Notes under the pieces: generated by a model
The model's input: only the letters and a program-made list of their open reading frames with translations
What the model was told of the DNA's origin: nothing
Database searches by the model: none
Program-made: the position numbers and the translations under genes
Assembly: GCA_965224025.1 (NCBI GenBank)
Contig: OZ245033.1
Coordinates: forward strand, 64,001 to 128,000
From: Candidatus Multivorans sp.
GTDB taxonomy: Bacteria; Acidobacteriota; Thermoanaerobaculia; Multivoradales; Multivoraceae
DNA: 64,000 bases
Direction: 5' to 3'
In this document: positions 38,432 through 47,796 of the stretch, piece by piece
How positions within the stretch are numbered: the stretch's first letter is position 1
Layout: each line of letters starts with the position of its first letter

Positions 38432-39649
38432 CTACAGCGGCAGGACCTCGCACGGCTCTTCGGCCCCGGCCGGGCTGCTGAACTTCGGTACCCGCACGAG
38501 CCCGCAGCCGGCGCCGTACGCCACCAGGTCGTGGGAACCGAGGGGCGGCCGCGGGTCGGCCAGCACCATCCCGGACTCGACCCGGAGCCGGCAGGGAAGG
38601 AAGCGGTCACGCCACTTCGCGCCGGGCAGCTCCCCGGTGAGCCGTGCGCTGAGTGCTCCCCGCCAGTAACTGTCTTCGACTCCCGTCATGCGTCGCAACA
38701 GGGGACGCACCAGCAACCAGTACGTGACCATGGCCGAGGCGGGGTTGCCGGGCAAGCCGAACACCCATCCCCGGTCGTGGCGAGCGGCCACCAGGGGCTT
38801 CCCAGGCTGGATCGCAACCGCGTCGAACAGGATGCGGCAGCCGAGAGCGGTGTCGCCGAGAACCTGTTCCACGAAGTCGAACTCGCCCATGGAGACGCCG
38901 CCGGAGATCAGCAGCACGTCCGATTCCAGGCCGCGTTCGACCTTGGCCTGGAGTTCGGCGGGATCGTCCCGCGCAATACCGAGCGAGCGGGCCTCGATGC
39001 CCAATTGCGAGAGGGCGGCTCGCAGGAAGTCCCGGTGCGAGTCGCGAAGTTGACCGGGTCCCGGTTCCGCTTCGGCAGGCACGACCTCGTCTCCAGTCGA
39101 GAGCGTGGCGACCGTGGGCCGGCGGTACACCGGCGCCTCGCTAATGCCATGGGTCGCCAGCACGCCCGCTCCGCCGGGTGTCAGCAGTTCCCCCGCCGCC
39201 AGCAGCGGCCCGCCGGACGCGGTGACCTCGGCTTGCCGGCGGATGTGGCTGTCCGCCGGCACCGGCTCCGCGATGCGGACAGCGCCCGTTGGGGCGTCCG
39301 TGGCGTCGCCGGGCTCGAACTCCGCCTGTTCGATCGGGATCACCCGGTCCGCCCCGGCCGGCGCGGGCGCTCCGGTCATGATCCGCAGGGCGGCGCCGGG
39401 TCGAAGTTCCGCTCCCGGCGGATCGCCGGCGGCGACGGTTCCCTCGACCGGCAGGACGGTACCCGGCTCGACGTCGGCGCCGAGAGCGAAGCCGTCCATC
39501 GCCGAGACGTCGTGCGCGGGAACGTCGACGGTGGCGGTCAGGGCCTCTGCCAGAACGCGGCCGATCGCATCGGCCCGGGTTGCGCGTTCGACTTCGAGCG
39601 TTTCGGCTTCGGCGGCGATGGCGGCCCAGGCTTCCTCAGGCGAGAGCAT
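38432..39649 (-). CDS. moeA: Molybdopterin molybdenumtransferase MoeA
   Basis: Motifs SAMDGFA, RIMTGA, STGDE, SGGVSMGEFD, QPGKP and GLPGNPAS. Confidence 0.95.
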   Translation of the reverse strand: MLSPEEAWAAIAAEAETLEVERATRADAIGRVLAEALTATVDVPAHDVSAMDGFALGADVEPGTVLPVEGTVAAGDPPGAELRPGAALRIMTGAPAPAGADRVIPIEQAEFEPGDATDAPTGAVRIAEPVPADSHIRRQAEVTASGGPLLAAGELLTPGGAGVLATHGISEAPVYRRPTVATLSTGDEVVPAEAEPGPGQLRDSHRDFLRAALSQLGIEARSLGIARDDPAELQAKVERGLESDVLLISGGVSMGEFDFVEQVLGDTALGCRILFDAVAIQPGKPLVAARHDRGWVFGLPGNPASAMVTYWLLVRPLLRRMTGVEDSYWRGALSARLTGELPGAKWRDRFLPCRLRVESGMVLADPRPPLGSHDLVAYGAGCGLVRVPKFSSPAGAEEPCEVLPL

Positions 39650-39690
39650 GGCGTGTTGTTACCTGAGGCACCGGGCTGTCGTCAATCGCT

Positions 39691-40833
39691 TCACCCGATC
39701 TGCGTCAAGGCCGAGTACATCGGCAGGTACATCGAGATCACGATGGCGCCGATGACGATGCCGAGGATGCTGATCAGCGCGGGTTCGAGGAGCTTCATCA
39801 TGGAGTCGACGTCGTTGTCGACCTCTTCCTCGTAGAAGTCGGCGATGCGGGTGAGCATGGGGCTCAGGGTGCCGGTCTGTTCGCCGACGTAGACGATCTG
39901 GCAGAGCATGGCGGGGAAGATCTTCGTGCGGCGCAGCGACTGGTTGATCGGGCGGCCCTGTTCGACTTCGCGGCGCACCTTGCGAAGGGCGTCCGTGACG
40001 ACGACGTTGCCGGCGGCGTCGGCGGCAATGGACAGCGCGCTCAGGATGGGGATGCCCGAGGAGAGCAGGATGGACAGGGTGCGGCAGGTCCGGCCGGTGA
40101 CGATGCGCAGCATGAGTTTGCCGACGACGGGCAGCCGCAGCAGGAGACGGTCGGCCGATTGCCGGCCGCGCCGGGTACGGAGCAGCCGGTTCGCCGCGAA
40201 CCCGCCCGCCGCGGCGAGCGCGAACAGGACGAGCACGTAGGCGCCGATGAACTCGCTGACGCCGACCACGAGCCGGGTCAGGAGCGGCAGGTCGCCGCCG
40301 ATGTCGTCGAAGAGGTGCTGAAACACCGGGATCACCTTCCACAGGATGAGGAACACGACCGCGGCTGCGACGGTGAGGATGGCGGCCGGATAGGTCAGTG
40401 CGGAGCGCACCTGGTTGCGTAGCTTGGCGACCTTCTCGATGTGGGTCGCCAGCCGATCCATCACCGTGTTCAGAGCGCCGCTGGCCTCGCCCGATGCGAC
40501 CAGGTTGACGTAGAGATCGCCGAAGGCGCGTGGGCGCCGCTTCATCGCGCCGGCGAGGCCGGCGCCCGCTTCGACCTCCGAGCGGACTTCGAGCAGGATC
40601 GAGCGCAGGCCGGGGTGCTGGCCCTCGACGCTGAGAATCTCCAGGCTCTGGAGCAGAGGCAGGCCGGCGTCGAGCAGCACCGCGAACTGGCGGCTGAAGA
40701 CGGCGAGTGTCTTGGGGCCGACTCGGCGGCCCGGCCGCCACCAGGCTGGGCGGCGGTCGTGCCGGGGTTCGCCCTCGTCGGCCTTCGGGTCGGGTCCGGG
40801 GGCGTCGTCGTCGTCGAGCCAGCGCGGGAGCAT
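39691..40833 (-). CDS. pilC: Type II secretion F / type IV pilus inner-membrane platform protein
   Basis: Motifs FSRQFAVLLDAGLPL, GEASGAL, ALTYP, GEQTGTL, LLEP and MYLPM. Confidence 0.88.
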   Translation of the reverse strand: MLPRWLDDDDAPGPDPKADEGEPRHDRRPAWWRPGRRVGPKTLAVFSRQFAVLLDAGLPLLQSLEILSVEGQHPGLRSILLEVRSEVEAGAGLAGAMKRRPRAFGDLYVNLVASGEASGALNTVMDRLATHIEKVAKLRNQVRSALTYPAAILTVAAAVVFLILWKVIPVFQHLFDDIGGDLPLLTRLVVGVSEFIGAYVLVLFALAAAGGFAANRLLRTRRGRQSADRLLLRLPVVGKLMLRIVTGRTCRTLSILLSSGIPILSALSIAADAAGNVVVTDALRKVRREVEQGRPINQSLRRTKIFPAMLCQIVYVGEQTGTLSPMLTRIADFYEEEVDNDVDSMMKLLEPALISILGIVIGAIVISMYLPMYSALTQIG

Positions 40834-40937
40834 CGGTCAACCTCTCCGGGAGGTGGGACCGGGTCCGGGAAGCGCGCGCCTCCGCGCGCGCTCCCGCGCA
40901 CCGGCCCGCGCCGCTCCCGCCGCGCTGCCGGGTTCCT

Positions 40938-41654
40938 CTATTCGGGCTGGGTTTCGTCCGCTGGCGCCGGGGTGCTGGCCACGTCCATTTCGCCGAGCAG
41001 TACGAGCATGTGATTGTTGATCCGGGCGGCGCTGTCCGCGTCGCTGCCGGCGGGGTGCTCGTAAGCCAGGGTGACCAGGCGGTTCTCGATCGGATGCAGC
41101 ATGAACAGACGGATCTGCTGGCGGGTCGTGCCGTCGTCGGCCAGGAAGCGGCCGCGGGTGTACTGGGCGGGTCCGAGCGGACCGATGATCTGCCGGCCGC
41201 CGAGGGAATCGCCCTCCGGCAACCCCTCGTAGTACGGCGCGTGGCTCTTCGCCACGTCGTTGAGCTCGATGCCGAAATCGCTGGGCTCGCCGAGTTCCAG
41301 CCACAGGCTTCCTGCCGGTCCGGCGGGCGCCTGGGTGGTCTCGATGAGGTCGCACGTGAGTTCGAACGGCAACTCGCTCGGCTCGACGCGGGTGCAGCCG
41401 TCCGGCAGGAGGTTGAAGGCGAGCGCCTCCTCCTCCAGGACGATGCGCTCCAGACCGGTTTCCTCCGGTTCCGCCGCGCTCTGGCAGCCGATGGGAATGG
41501 TCCAGACACCTGTACAGACCAAGACGAAAAGCGCGGCGCGGAATGCGGTGCCGAGCCGTTCGCGGCCGAGCGGAGCAGGGGTCACGAGGCACCGGGCATC
41601 GCGGGGACAGTACCATGCGGCCAGCGGGCAACGACGGTTGGTCGGCGCAGGCAA
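40938..41654 (-). CDS. Hypothetical exported/lipoprotein
   Basis: Hydrophobic segment ending IPIGC followed by an acidic globular domain. Start uncertain. Confidence 0.6.
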   Translation of the reverse strand: MPAPTNRRCPLAAWYCPRDARCLVTPAPLGRERLGTAFRAALFVLVCTGVWTIPIGCQSAAEPEETGLERIVLEEEALAFNLLPDGCTRVEPSELPFELTCDLIETTQAPAGPAGSLWLELGEPSDFGIELNDVAKSHAPYYEGLPEGDSLGGRQIIGPLGPAQYTRGRFLADDGTTRQQIRLFMLHPIENRLVTLAYEHPAGSDADSAARINNHMLVLLGEMDVASTPAPADETQPE

Positions 41655-41739
41655 GACGGTAGGTCGGCGCAGGCAGCCCGTGGTGAACGGCGCCGGATGC
41701 CCGCGTCTTCAGAATCGGAATCGATGGGAGGAAGTCACG

Positions 41740-43068
41740 GTGGACAAACCGATCGCACGCGTTCTCAATCTGATCGACGACAGCGAGCAGCGCCTGTGGA
41801 ACCTGACGCCGGACGAGGCCCGGCAACGGCTGCCGCGAGGCCCCGAGGCGGTGCTCGGCATCGACGGGTCGTTCGCGCTCGCCGCCCGCCGCGGAGTGGA
41901 CGTCGTCATGGCCCGCAGCCTCGACCGGCCGATGCGCTACTTCCTGGCCAAGGAGTCCTCCGGGCCGATGCTGGTCATCGCCCAGCGCATCGACGAGATC
42001 AGGGACCGCCTCGAGGCGGAGGGCTACCTCGACCAGTTCCACCCCACCTACACGCGGATGGTCCCGGCGCATCACGCCACGACGCTGCGCCTGATCGGCT
42101 GCCCCGACCCGAACCCGATTCACGAGCGCTTCTTCGATCCGCCGCGAGGCACGTTGCCGCCCGACCTCGATCTGGTCGGCGAACGGTACGTCGAGGCGCT
42201 GATGTTCGAGCTCCGCCGCTGGCTGGCCGCGATGCCGGAGGACAGGGCGCGCGAGCCGATCGGGGTCTGCTTCTCCGGCGGCATCGACAGCGGCGCCGTG
42301 CTGGTGGCCTTGAGCCGCGCGTTGCTCGAGGCCAACTCAAGCGCCGTCCGGCTCAAGGCGTTCACGCTTCGGGTCGGCGACGGCGCCGGCGACGCCGCCC
42401 AGGCGCGCGAGTTCCTCCGGCGCATGGACCTCGAGATGCTGGGCGAGGAGGTCGCGGCCGGCGCCGAGGCGGTCGATCCGCTGCGGGCGGTCGAGGTGAT
42501 CGAGGACTACAAGGCGCTCGACGTCGAGTGCGCCGCGGTCGGTCTGGCGCTGCTGCGCGGCATCCGGGCGCGCTATCCCGACTGGCGGCTCCTGGTGGAC
42601 GGCGACGGCGGCGACGAGAACCTGAAGGACTACCCGCTGGAGGAGAACCACGAGCTCACGATCACCAGCGTGGTCGGCAACTCGATGCTCTACCAGGAGG
42701 GTTGGGGCATAGGCATGATCAAGCACTCCCAGACCTACTCGGGCGGCCTGGGGCGGGCCGCCGTCCGCACCCACGCGCCGGCCCGGCTGCTCGGCTTCGA
42801 GGGTTTCAGTCCGTTCACAAGGCCGGCGGTGATCGCCGTGGCCGAGGCGATCCCCTTCGACACGCTGGTCGGCGGCTCGCACGAGGCCCTGTACGAGCTC
42901 AAGGGCGAGGTCGTGCGGCGGGGCATGAAGCGGGTGCTCGGCATCGACTTCCCGGTCTTCCCCAAGCGCCGCTTCCAGGAGGGCGCGGCGTCGGAGGACG
43001 TGTTCGCCGCCGCCTTCGACCGTCCGCCCGAGCAGTACCGCCGCCACTTCCAGTCGCTCTACACCTAG
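41740..43068 (+). CDS. Asparagine-synthetase-like ATP-dependent amide ligase (no N-terminal Cys glutaminase)
   Basis: SD GGGAGG with GTG start; degenerate Ntn remnant IDGSFAL..MARSLDRPMRY; PP-loop FSGGIDS; DGDGGDE; SPF; PKRRFQEG. Confidence 0.85.
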   Translation: MDKPIARVLNLIDDSEQRLWNLTPDEARQRLPRGPEAVLGIDGSFALAARRGVDVVMARSLDRPMRYFLAKESSGPMLVIAQRIDEIRDRLEAEGYLDQFHPTYTRMVPAHHATTLRLIGCPDPNPIHERFFDPPRGTLPPDLDLVGERYVEALMFELRRWLAAMPEDRAREPIGVCFSGGIDSGAVLVALSRALLEANSSAVRLKAFTLRVGDGAGDAAQAREFLRRMDLEMLGEEVAAGAEAVDPLRAVEVIEDYKALDVECAAVGLALLRGIRARYPDWRLLVDGDGGDENLKDYPLEENHELTITSVVGNSMLYQEGWGIGMIKHSQTYSGGLGRAAVRTHAPARLLGFEGFSPFTRPAVIAVAEAIPFDTLVGGSHEALYELKGEVVRRGMKRVLGIDFPVFPKRRFQEGAASEDVFAAAFDRPPEQYRRHFQSLYT

Positions 43069-43115
43069 GTCAAGAACCTGCGCGGACGTTCCTTGCATCG
43101 CTCCGATCTTTGGAG

Positions 43116-43203
43116 ACCCGGGCGGCGCGATCCGCGCCACTCGCGAACCACTCCGTGCGCCCGTCATCGGACGCACGGAAGGGACGCGGGCATCTTGCCC
43201 GCA
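43116..43203. repeat. Family C repeat copy 3 followed by a family A REP-like hairpin
   Basis: Matches 28452-28515, then continues GGGACGCGGGCATCTTGCCCGCA. Confidence 0.85.
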
Positions 43204-43225
43204 TCCGGCGTGTAGCGCCGGCTTC

Positions 43226-44261
43226 GTGGGCTCTATCGTGGGGTTCGACCTGGTCGACAGTTCACGGGCCGCTGAGGTCCGGGCGCTTCGTCCGCCGCGG
43301 CCGGTGCTCGACCCCTGGCGGCCCCAGGGGGTGACGGTCGAGCTGGAGCGGGCGCCCGGCGGTGAGCTCCGTCCGTCGGCGACCGTGTTCCTGACCGGGG
43401 CCGAGTGTCCGTTCACTTGCGTCTTCTGCGACCTGTGGCGGTACACGGTCGACGGACCGACGCCGAAGGGCGCCCTGCCGGCGCAGTTGCGATCGGCCCT
43501 CAAGAGCCTGCCCGGTCTGCTCAGCGAGGCGGGACTCGACCGCTGCGACCGGCTCAAGCTCTACAACGCGAGCAACTTCTTCGAGCCGCGCGCGGTGCCG
43601 GAGGCGGACCTGGAGCCGATCGCGCGCCTCGCCGACGGGTTCGAACGGGTGATCGTCGAGTGCCACCCGCGGCTGGTGGACGAGCGGGTGCGCCGTTTCG
43701 CCGACCGGCTCCAGGGTCGCCTGGAGGTGGCGATGGGGCTGGAGACGGTGCACCCGCAAGCCCTGCCGCGGCTCGGCAAGCAGTTGACCCTGGACCAGTT
43801 CGACCGGGCCGCTTCGCGACTCGTGGCGGACGGCGTCGACCTGCGGGCGTTCGTGCTCGTGGGCGTGCCGTTCGTGCCGGCGGCGGAGCAGGCCCATTGG
43901 GCGGCAGCGAGCGTGCGACACGCGGCTGCGGCCGGCGCTCGGTCGGTGGCGCTGATTCCGGTGCGGGGCGGCAACGGCGAACTGGAGCGGCTTGAGCGGC
44001 TCGGAGAGTTTCAGCCCCCCGGACCTGGCCCTGGTTGAGGAGTCGTTGGCGTTGGGGCTTGAGGTCGCCGCTTCGCGGCGGCGCGTTGCCCGCGGGTCGG
44101 AAGACCCGCGTCACCTGGCGGCAGTCCAGGTCGACCCGTGGGACCTCGAACGCGTCGCTTCGGCGTGCGGCGCCTGCCGGGCTTCCCGCACTCAGGCGAT
44201 CCGGGAGATGAACGGCACCGCCGAACCGCGGCGGACGGCGTGCGATGACTGCGGCGGCTGA
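43226..44261 (+). CDS. Radical SAM enzyme (RaSEA/TIGR01210-like), split by a +1 frameshift at 44015-44020
   Basis: CPFTCVFC (CxxxCxxC), KLYNASNFF, VECHP and LEVAMGLET. The C-terminus PPDLALVEE...DPWDLE..CGAC...MN...CDDC continues in the +1 frame. Confidence 0.85.
44067..44118. repeat. Family A-derived insertion inside the radical SAM C-terminal frame
   Basis: CGCCGCTTCGCGGCGGCGCG..GCGGGTCGGAAGACCCGCG matches 15294-15346 and 9995-10020. Confidence 0.7.
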
Positions 44262-44332
44262 ACGCCGCGAAGAGGGTCGTTGCGCGGCCGCAACCGCCGC
44301 GCTGGTCAGAAGACCCGTCACATGGGGATGGT

Positions 44333-45922
44333 TTGGAGCGGCGTGAAGTAGTTGTTGCCGGCGGGGGCTTCGCCGGGTCGATTCTGGCGCGCGCGCTTCA
44401 CGCCGACGGCCGCGACGTGCTGCTGCTCGAGCGCGGACGCCATCCGCGGTTCGCGCTCGGCGAGTCGTCGACGCCGCTCGCCAACCTGGCCCTGGAGCGG
44501 CTGGCGGTGCGCTACGGGTTCGAGGACCTGTGGACGCTGGCCGCCCACGGCCGCTGGCGGCGCAAGCTGCCCGAGGTCGGCGGGGGATTGAAGCGGGGCT
44601 TCTGCTTCTACTCCCACCGTCCGGGTCAGGCCTTCGCGCCGGATGCCGCCGGCGGTCGCCGCCTGGTCGTGGCCGCGTCGCCGGACGACGATGCCGCCGA
44701 CAACCAGTGGCTGCGCGCCGACGTGGACCGTTTCCTGTTCGAGCGTGCGCGAGCCGAGGGCGTGGACTGCCGGGAGGAAACGGCGGTCGAGGGGGTTTCC
44801 GTTCCGGGTGGTCCGGACGCCGAGCCGGTTCGGCTCCAAGCCGGCGGCCGCGTCGTCGAGGCCGGCCTCCTGGTCGACGCGACCGGCGGCTCGCCACTCG
44901 CCGAACAGCTTGGCGCATGCTCGCTGCCGCCGCGGCTGCAGACGACCCTCGTGTACTCGCATTTCGACGGTATCGCTCCCTTCGACCGCGACGGCTGCTG
45001 GCCGGATTCGCCCTTTGGCGAGCGCTGGAGCGCCGCCCACCACCTGCTGGAGGAGGGCTGGATGTACCAGCTCCGCTTCAACGACGGTTCGGTGAGCGCG
45101 GGCGTCCTGCTTCCGGACGACCGGCCCGCGGCGGCCGCGGCCATCGAGAGGCTCGCCGGCAAGGGCGGCGCGGCTGCGTCCGAGGCCAGCGCCACCTTTG
45201 CCGGGCTGCTCGGTCGTTACCCGTCGCTGGCGAACCAGTTCGCCGGCCACCGGGCTCTGCGGCCGGTGGCTGCGCGCTCCGGCGTGGCCTACCGCCGCGA
45301 CCGGGCCGTGGGGCCGGGCTGGCTGCTTCTGCCCCACAGCTACGCCTTCGCCGACCCCATGTTCTCGACCGGCATCGCCTGGAGCCTGCTCGCCGTCGAG
45401 CGGATCGCCGGGCTGTGCCGGTACGGGCCGCCGGCGCCGGCGGCAGTCGAAACGTATGGCCGGCTACTCGCCGCGGAGGCGGACCACATCGACCGGCTGC
45501 TGGCCGCCGCCTACCGGCTGATGTGTGACTTCGAGAGCTTCACCGCCGTCGCCATGGCCTACTTTGCGGCAGCGAGCTTCGACGAACTGCGCCAGCGGCT
45601 GCTCGACCCCCCGGACGAAGGCTGGTGCTGGCAGGGCTTCCTGGGCGCGGACGAAGAGGTTCGCCGCGGGCTGTTCGAGGGACTGGACGAGCGCTCCGCT
45701 GGACCCGGGATGGCTCCGAAGCTGACGGACTGGATCGGGCCGGCGATCGAACCCCGCAATCTGATCGGCCTCGACGACCCGCGTCGGCGGAATGTCTACC
45801 CGGTCGACCTGGCGGACATCGAGCGCCGACACGACCAGATCGCGGCCCGTCTGGGAGTGGGGGCGGATGAGGTGCGGCGGCGGTGGCGCCGGCTGCGGAG
45901 CCCGGAGCGGATGCCGGGATAG
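44333..45922 (+). CDS. Flavin-dependent halogenase-like oxidoreductase
   Basis: GGGFAG Rossmann motif, HPRFALGES, LKRGF lysine, VDATG, GWMYQLRF (variant of WxWxIP) and FADPMFSTG. Confidence 0.82.
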   Translation: MERREVVVAGGGFAGSILARALHADGRDVLLLERGRHPRFALGESSTPLANLALERLAVRYGFEDLWTLAAHGRWRRKLPEVGGGLKRGFCFYSHRPGQAFAPDAAGGRRLVVAASPDDDAADNQWLRADVDRFLFERARAEGVDCREETAVEGVSVPGGPDAEPVRLQAGGRVVEAGLLVDATGGSPLAEQLGACSLPPRLQTTLVYSHFDGIAPFDRDGCWPDSPFGERWSAAHHLLEEGWMYQLRFNDGSVSAGVLLPDDRPAAAAAIERLAGKGGAAASEASATFAGLLGRYPSLANQFAGHRALRPVAARSGVAYRRDRAVGPGWLLLPHSYAFADPMFSTGIAWSLLAVERIAGLCRYGPPAPAAVETYGRLLAAEADHIDRLLAAAYRLMCDFESFTAVAMAYFAAASFDELRQRLLDPPDEGWCWQGFLGADEEVRRGLFEGLDERSAGPGMAPKLTDWIGPAIEPRNLIGLDDPRRRNVYPVDLADIERRHDQIAARLGVGADEVRRRWRRLRSPERMPG

Positions 45923-45958
45923 GGCGGTTGTGTTGTTGTGCGCAAGTCTCCGCCCTCC

Positions 45959-46855
45959 TCAGGGCGGCCCGATCAGCTCGTTCACCGAGCTCTCGAAGCC
46001 GGTCTCGGGCCGGTCCCGCCGCAGGCGGCGAGCGGCCAAGCCTTCGATGATGCGCTGAGGCTGGATCGAGCGCTGCCGCAATCGGTGGGCATCCAGCAGG
46101 TCGGCGGACAGGGCCAGCGCGGCGGCCCGGTCGGCCCGGTCGTCCAGGTCGCGGGCTGCCGCGGCCAGCGCGCCGGCAATTCGGGTCCAGCACCGGCGCG
46201 CGCGGATGTCCTCGAAGCCTCCTGCCTGGACCAGGCGGCCGGCGAGGGCCGAGACCCACAGGGCGAAGGCGTCGTCGCCGGGCCGCTGTCGCCAGAGGTC
46301 GACCAGATCGGATGCGAGGTCCTCGTCGACATCGTCGCTCACGGCCTGGCCGGCGCCCAGGTAGACGGCCAGCGACCGGCTGCGCAGGGTGGGCAGCAGC
46401 TCGTTGGCCGACGAGGCCAGCAGCAGGAAGTTCCTGGGCGACCTGTCGGCCGGCTCCTCAAGGGTCTTGAGCAGCACGTTCGCTCCGGCCGGATGCAACG
46501 TCTCCGCTTCGACGATGACGAACACCTGGCCCCGGGCCTCGAATGGCGACACCTGGGCCGTCCGCAGGAGGGTTCGGACCTTGTCGACGGCGATGACCGT
46601 CTCCCTCTTCTTCGGGTCGCGGCGCACGAACACGAAGTCGGGATGGAAGACCTTGTCGGCCTCGAGGTCGATCCGCCGGCAATGCCTGCAGGCGCCGCAG
46701 GGGCGCTCTTCCGGCGCCCGTTCGCACAGCAGTGCCCGGGCGATCTGGTTGGCAAGGGCAAGCCGCTCCTTCGCCTCGCCCCCGTGGAGGATCACCGATG
46801 GATACAGCCGGCCCGCGGCAGCGAGTTCGGGTAGTTGCTCCGGGGTCCGAGTCAT
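45959..46855 (-). CDS. holB: DNA polymerase III delta-prime subunit
   Basis: CGACRHC zinc site, HPDF, ANVLLKTLEEP and LLPTLRSR; ATGA overlap with tmk. Confidence 0.9.
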   Translation of the reverse strand: MTRTPEQLPELAAAGRLYPSVILHGGEAKERLALANQIARALLCERAPEERPCGACRHCRRIDLEADKVFHPDFVFVRRDPKKRETVIAVDKVRTLLRTAQVSPFEARGQVFVIVEAETLHPAGANVLLKTLEEPADRSPRNFLLLASSANELLPTLRSRSLAVYLGAGQAVSDDVDEDLASDLVDLWRQRPGDDAFALWVSALAGRLVQAGGFEDIRARRCWTRIAGALAAAARDLDDRADRAAALALSADLLDAHRLRQRSIQPQRIIEGLAARRLRRDRPETGFESSVNELIGPP

Positions 46856-47499
46856 GCGTCGGTCGTCCAGTTGCTCCGCAGCGGATCGAGGATGTCGCTC
46901 AGCGCTTCCTCGACAGTTTCCGCGACGGTTTCGATCGGCGCCGCCGCGTCGATGACGCGAAAGCGATCCGGCTCGCCGGCGATCCGTTCCTGGAACGCTG
47001 CATGGACCCGGCGGTAGAAGGCCAGGCTCTCCCGGTCGATGCGGTCGGCGGTGCGACCGCGCCGCCGCCGCCGCGCCTCCTCCGGCGGCAACTCGAAGAA
47101 GAGGGTGCGGTCTGGCGCGCGGCAGCCGGTGACGAGCCTGTCCGCCTCGGCGATCAACTCCGCCTGCACGCCCCGGCCACCGCCCTGGTACGCGTAAGTG
47201 GAATCCGTGAAGCGATCGCACAGGACGACCGCGCCCCCGGCCAGGGCCGGGTCGATCACTTCGATCAGGTGCTGGCGGCGGCTGGCGAACACGAGCATGA
47301 GCTCGACCACGCCGTCGACCTGAGCCGCCTCCCTTCTCAGGAACAACTCGCGCAAGAGGTCGGCGAAGGGCGTGCCACCGGGCTCCCGGGTGACCACGTG
47401 GGCGACTCCATGGCGTTCGAGGCGCGCCGCCACGCGTTCGAGCTGCGTCGACTTGCCGCTGCCGTCGAGGCCCTCGAAGGTGATGAACTGGCCGGGCAT
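46852..47499 (-). CDS. tmk: Thymidylate kinase
   Basis: Motifs FITFEGLDGSGKSTQ, TREPGG and CDRFTDSTYAYQG. Confidence 0.97.
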   Translation of the reverse strand: MPGQFITFEGLDGSGKSTQLERVAARLERHGVAHVVTREPGGTPFADLLRELFLRREAAQVDGVVELMLVFASRRQHLIEVIDPALAGGAVVLCDRFTDSTYAYQGGGRGVQAELIAEADRLVTGCRAPDRTLFFELPPEEARRRRRGRTADRIDRESLAFYRRVHAAFQERIAGEPDRFRVIDAAAPIETVAETVEEALSDILDPLRSNWTTDA

Positions 47500-47607
47500 C
47501 CGGTGGCCATGCTAGGAGTGTCCGCAGCGTTGTCGCTGCGCTGTCGCGCAGGGAACAGGCAGCGAGTAGCCAACGTTACAGCGGCGTCGTGGGTTCATAG
47601 AGTTGGC

Positions 47608-47763
47608 CGCGCTGGGCAGCGAGGCCGCGCAGGCACTGGTGTGTTGGCGCCCGACTAGGAGTTTGGCCCGGACCGTGATCGGCGCTCTGACGCTGGCGGC
47701 GCGGCTTGTGTCGCGACCCCGTATGCAAGATTGAGCTTTTCGCCGCGGTCTCTGCCCAGCGCG
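47608..47763 (+). ncRNA. Putative IS110 bridge/seek RNA
   Basis: Long closing stem 47608-47629/47744-47763, preceded by GTTACA-N17-TAGAGT. The loop contains CTAGGAGT and ATGCAAGA matching the element junctions. Confidence 0.55.
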
Positions 47764-47796
47764 ACGATTGGATTCTACATCTACGGGAGGCAGGGG

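Noticed and set aside
41740-43068. Lasso peptide cluster
   Set aside because: The AsnB-like enzyme is present, but no leader peptidase, RRE or precursor ORF is adjacent.
44036-44038. TGA in the radical SAM gene as a selenocysteine codon
   Set aside because: The conserved-looking C-terminus is in the +1 frame, so a frameshift rather than readthrough explains it.
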